Source of the DNA: Vicugna vicugna
Lineage: Eukaryota
Direction: 5' to 3'
Assembly (NCBI GenBank): GCA_013265495.1
Contig: MU058009.1
Span: 2,792,001-2,856,000 of the forward strand
DNA: 64,000 nucleotides
Shown: in pieces, positions 63,507-64,000 of the stretch
How the letters are laid out: each line of letters begins with the position of its first letter
Position numbering within the stretch: position 1 is the stretch's first letter
Notes under the pieces: model-generated
Databases searched by the model: none
Seen by the model: only the letters and a program-made list of their open reading frames with translations
Told to the model about the DNA's origin: nothing
Position numbers and translations under genes: made by a program

Positions 63507-63810
63507 GGGGGCTGCGGCCGCGGCGCGGGAGAAGGAGGAAGCGGGCCCGGCGCGGGCAGGTGCGGGCGGCCCGGCAGCCGTCCCCGGGGGAAGGAGAGCG
63601 AGAGTGGGGCCGGGCGCGTGGCCGGTGGGCGCCTGGCGGCGGCGGTCCCCGGGCGGCCCCTCTGGCCGGCGCTGCCGCTGCTCCAGCTGAGCGCGAGCAG
63701 CTGGCGGCTGATCCGCGTGCGCGTCCTCCGCCCCCGCCTCCTCCCCACCCCGGGAAGCACAGAGCGGGCTGCCGAGCCCTTCGTATTTATACTTCCTTCC
63801 CGGCTTTGAC
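62750..63810. promoter_or_regulatory. CpG island over ADAMTS8 promoter, 5' UTR and exon 1
   Basis: Very high GC and dense CpG (e.g. gccgcggcgcggga, cgcgcccggg) compared with the rest of the window. Confidence 0.9.
63784..63791 (-). promoter_or_regulatory. TATA box of ADAMTS8 (predicted TSS near 63760)
   Basis: TATAAATA on the minus strand at the upstream edge of the CpG island, ~280 nt upstream of the ATG, directly preceded by GGAAGGAAG (ETS-like). A CCAAT lies at 63929-63933 on the + strand. Confidence 0.65.
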
Positions 63811-64000
63811 ATAAGAGGTTTATTTCTGATCTCTCACTATTCCCGTTTCCCCTCCCCTGGGATCAGAGAGAGAAACTTAAAAGAGGGAGCGAGAGAGGAG
63901 AGAAAAAAATTTTGGATGAAATGTAAAACCAATCAGGAGTCAGCGGGACTCGCTCCCCCCTCCCCCGCATCCCCGTTAAATGTCAACTCCAGCTTTGCCC

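Noticed and set aside
62649..63809. 386-aa and 305-aa + strand ORFs over exon 1
   Set aside because: Antisense shadows of a very GC-rich coding exon; no recognisable domain.
62421..63812. 463-aa ORF as the true ADAMTS8 N-terminus
   Set aside because: Its ATG lies upstream of the TATA box, the signal peptide starts at Met 63506, and residues after ...GADLQ are intron 1 read-through.
1..64000. CRISPR arrays, operons or other prokaryote-type systems
   Set aside because: The sequence is clearly mammalian (spliced gene, LINE/SINE/LTR content) and I saw no regularly spaced repeat-spacer array.

Overview
Mammalian genomic DNA, most likely a camelid (alpaca or camel), judged from a tRNA-Ala-derived vic-1-like SINE at ~51387 and young cetartiodactyl-type L1 tails. 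The right third holds a complete ADAMTS8 gene on the minus strand. I traced 9 coding exons by hand: ATG at 63506, TGA at 45332-45334, all introns GT..AG with consistent phases, 2712 nt, 903 aa. The gene has a CpG island, a TATA box and several candidate poly(A) signals. The left ~44 kb is intergenic. It is AT-rich and dense in L1/L2/LTR/DNA transposons up to ~25 kb, then progressively more GC-rich with unique, possibly regulatory sequence. There is a 52-N assembly gap at 9623-9674. Almost all ORF-track entries are repeat-derived, antisense shadows or GC-rich noise. I do not see a convincingly new biological system. The most unusual observations are a TSD-flanked chimeric retro-insertion (UTR-like sequence fused to an inverted L1 piece) at 5874-6270, a ~120-bp inverted duplication at 27851-28460, a weak exon-2 splice donor backed by intronic G-runs, and an expanded acidic tract plus altered calcium-site residues in ADAMTS8. 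Repeat family names come from memory of consensus sequences and repeat boundaries are approximate.
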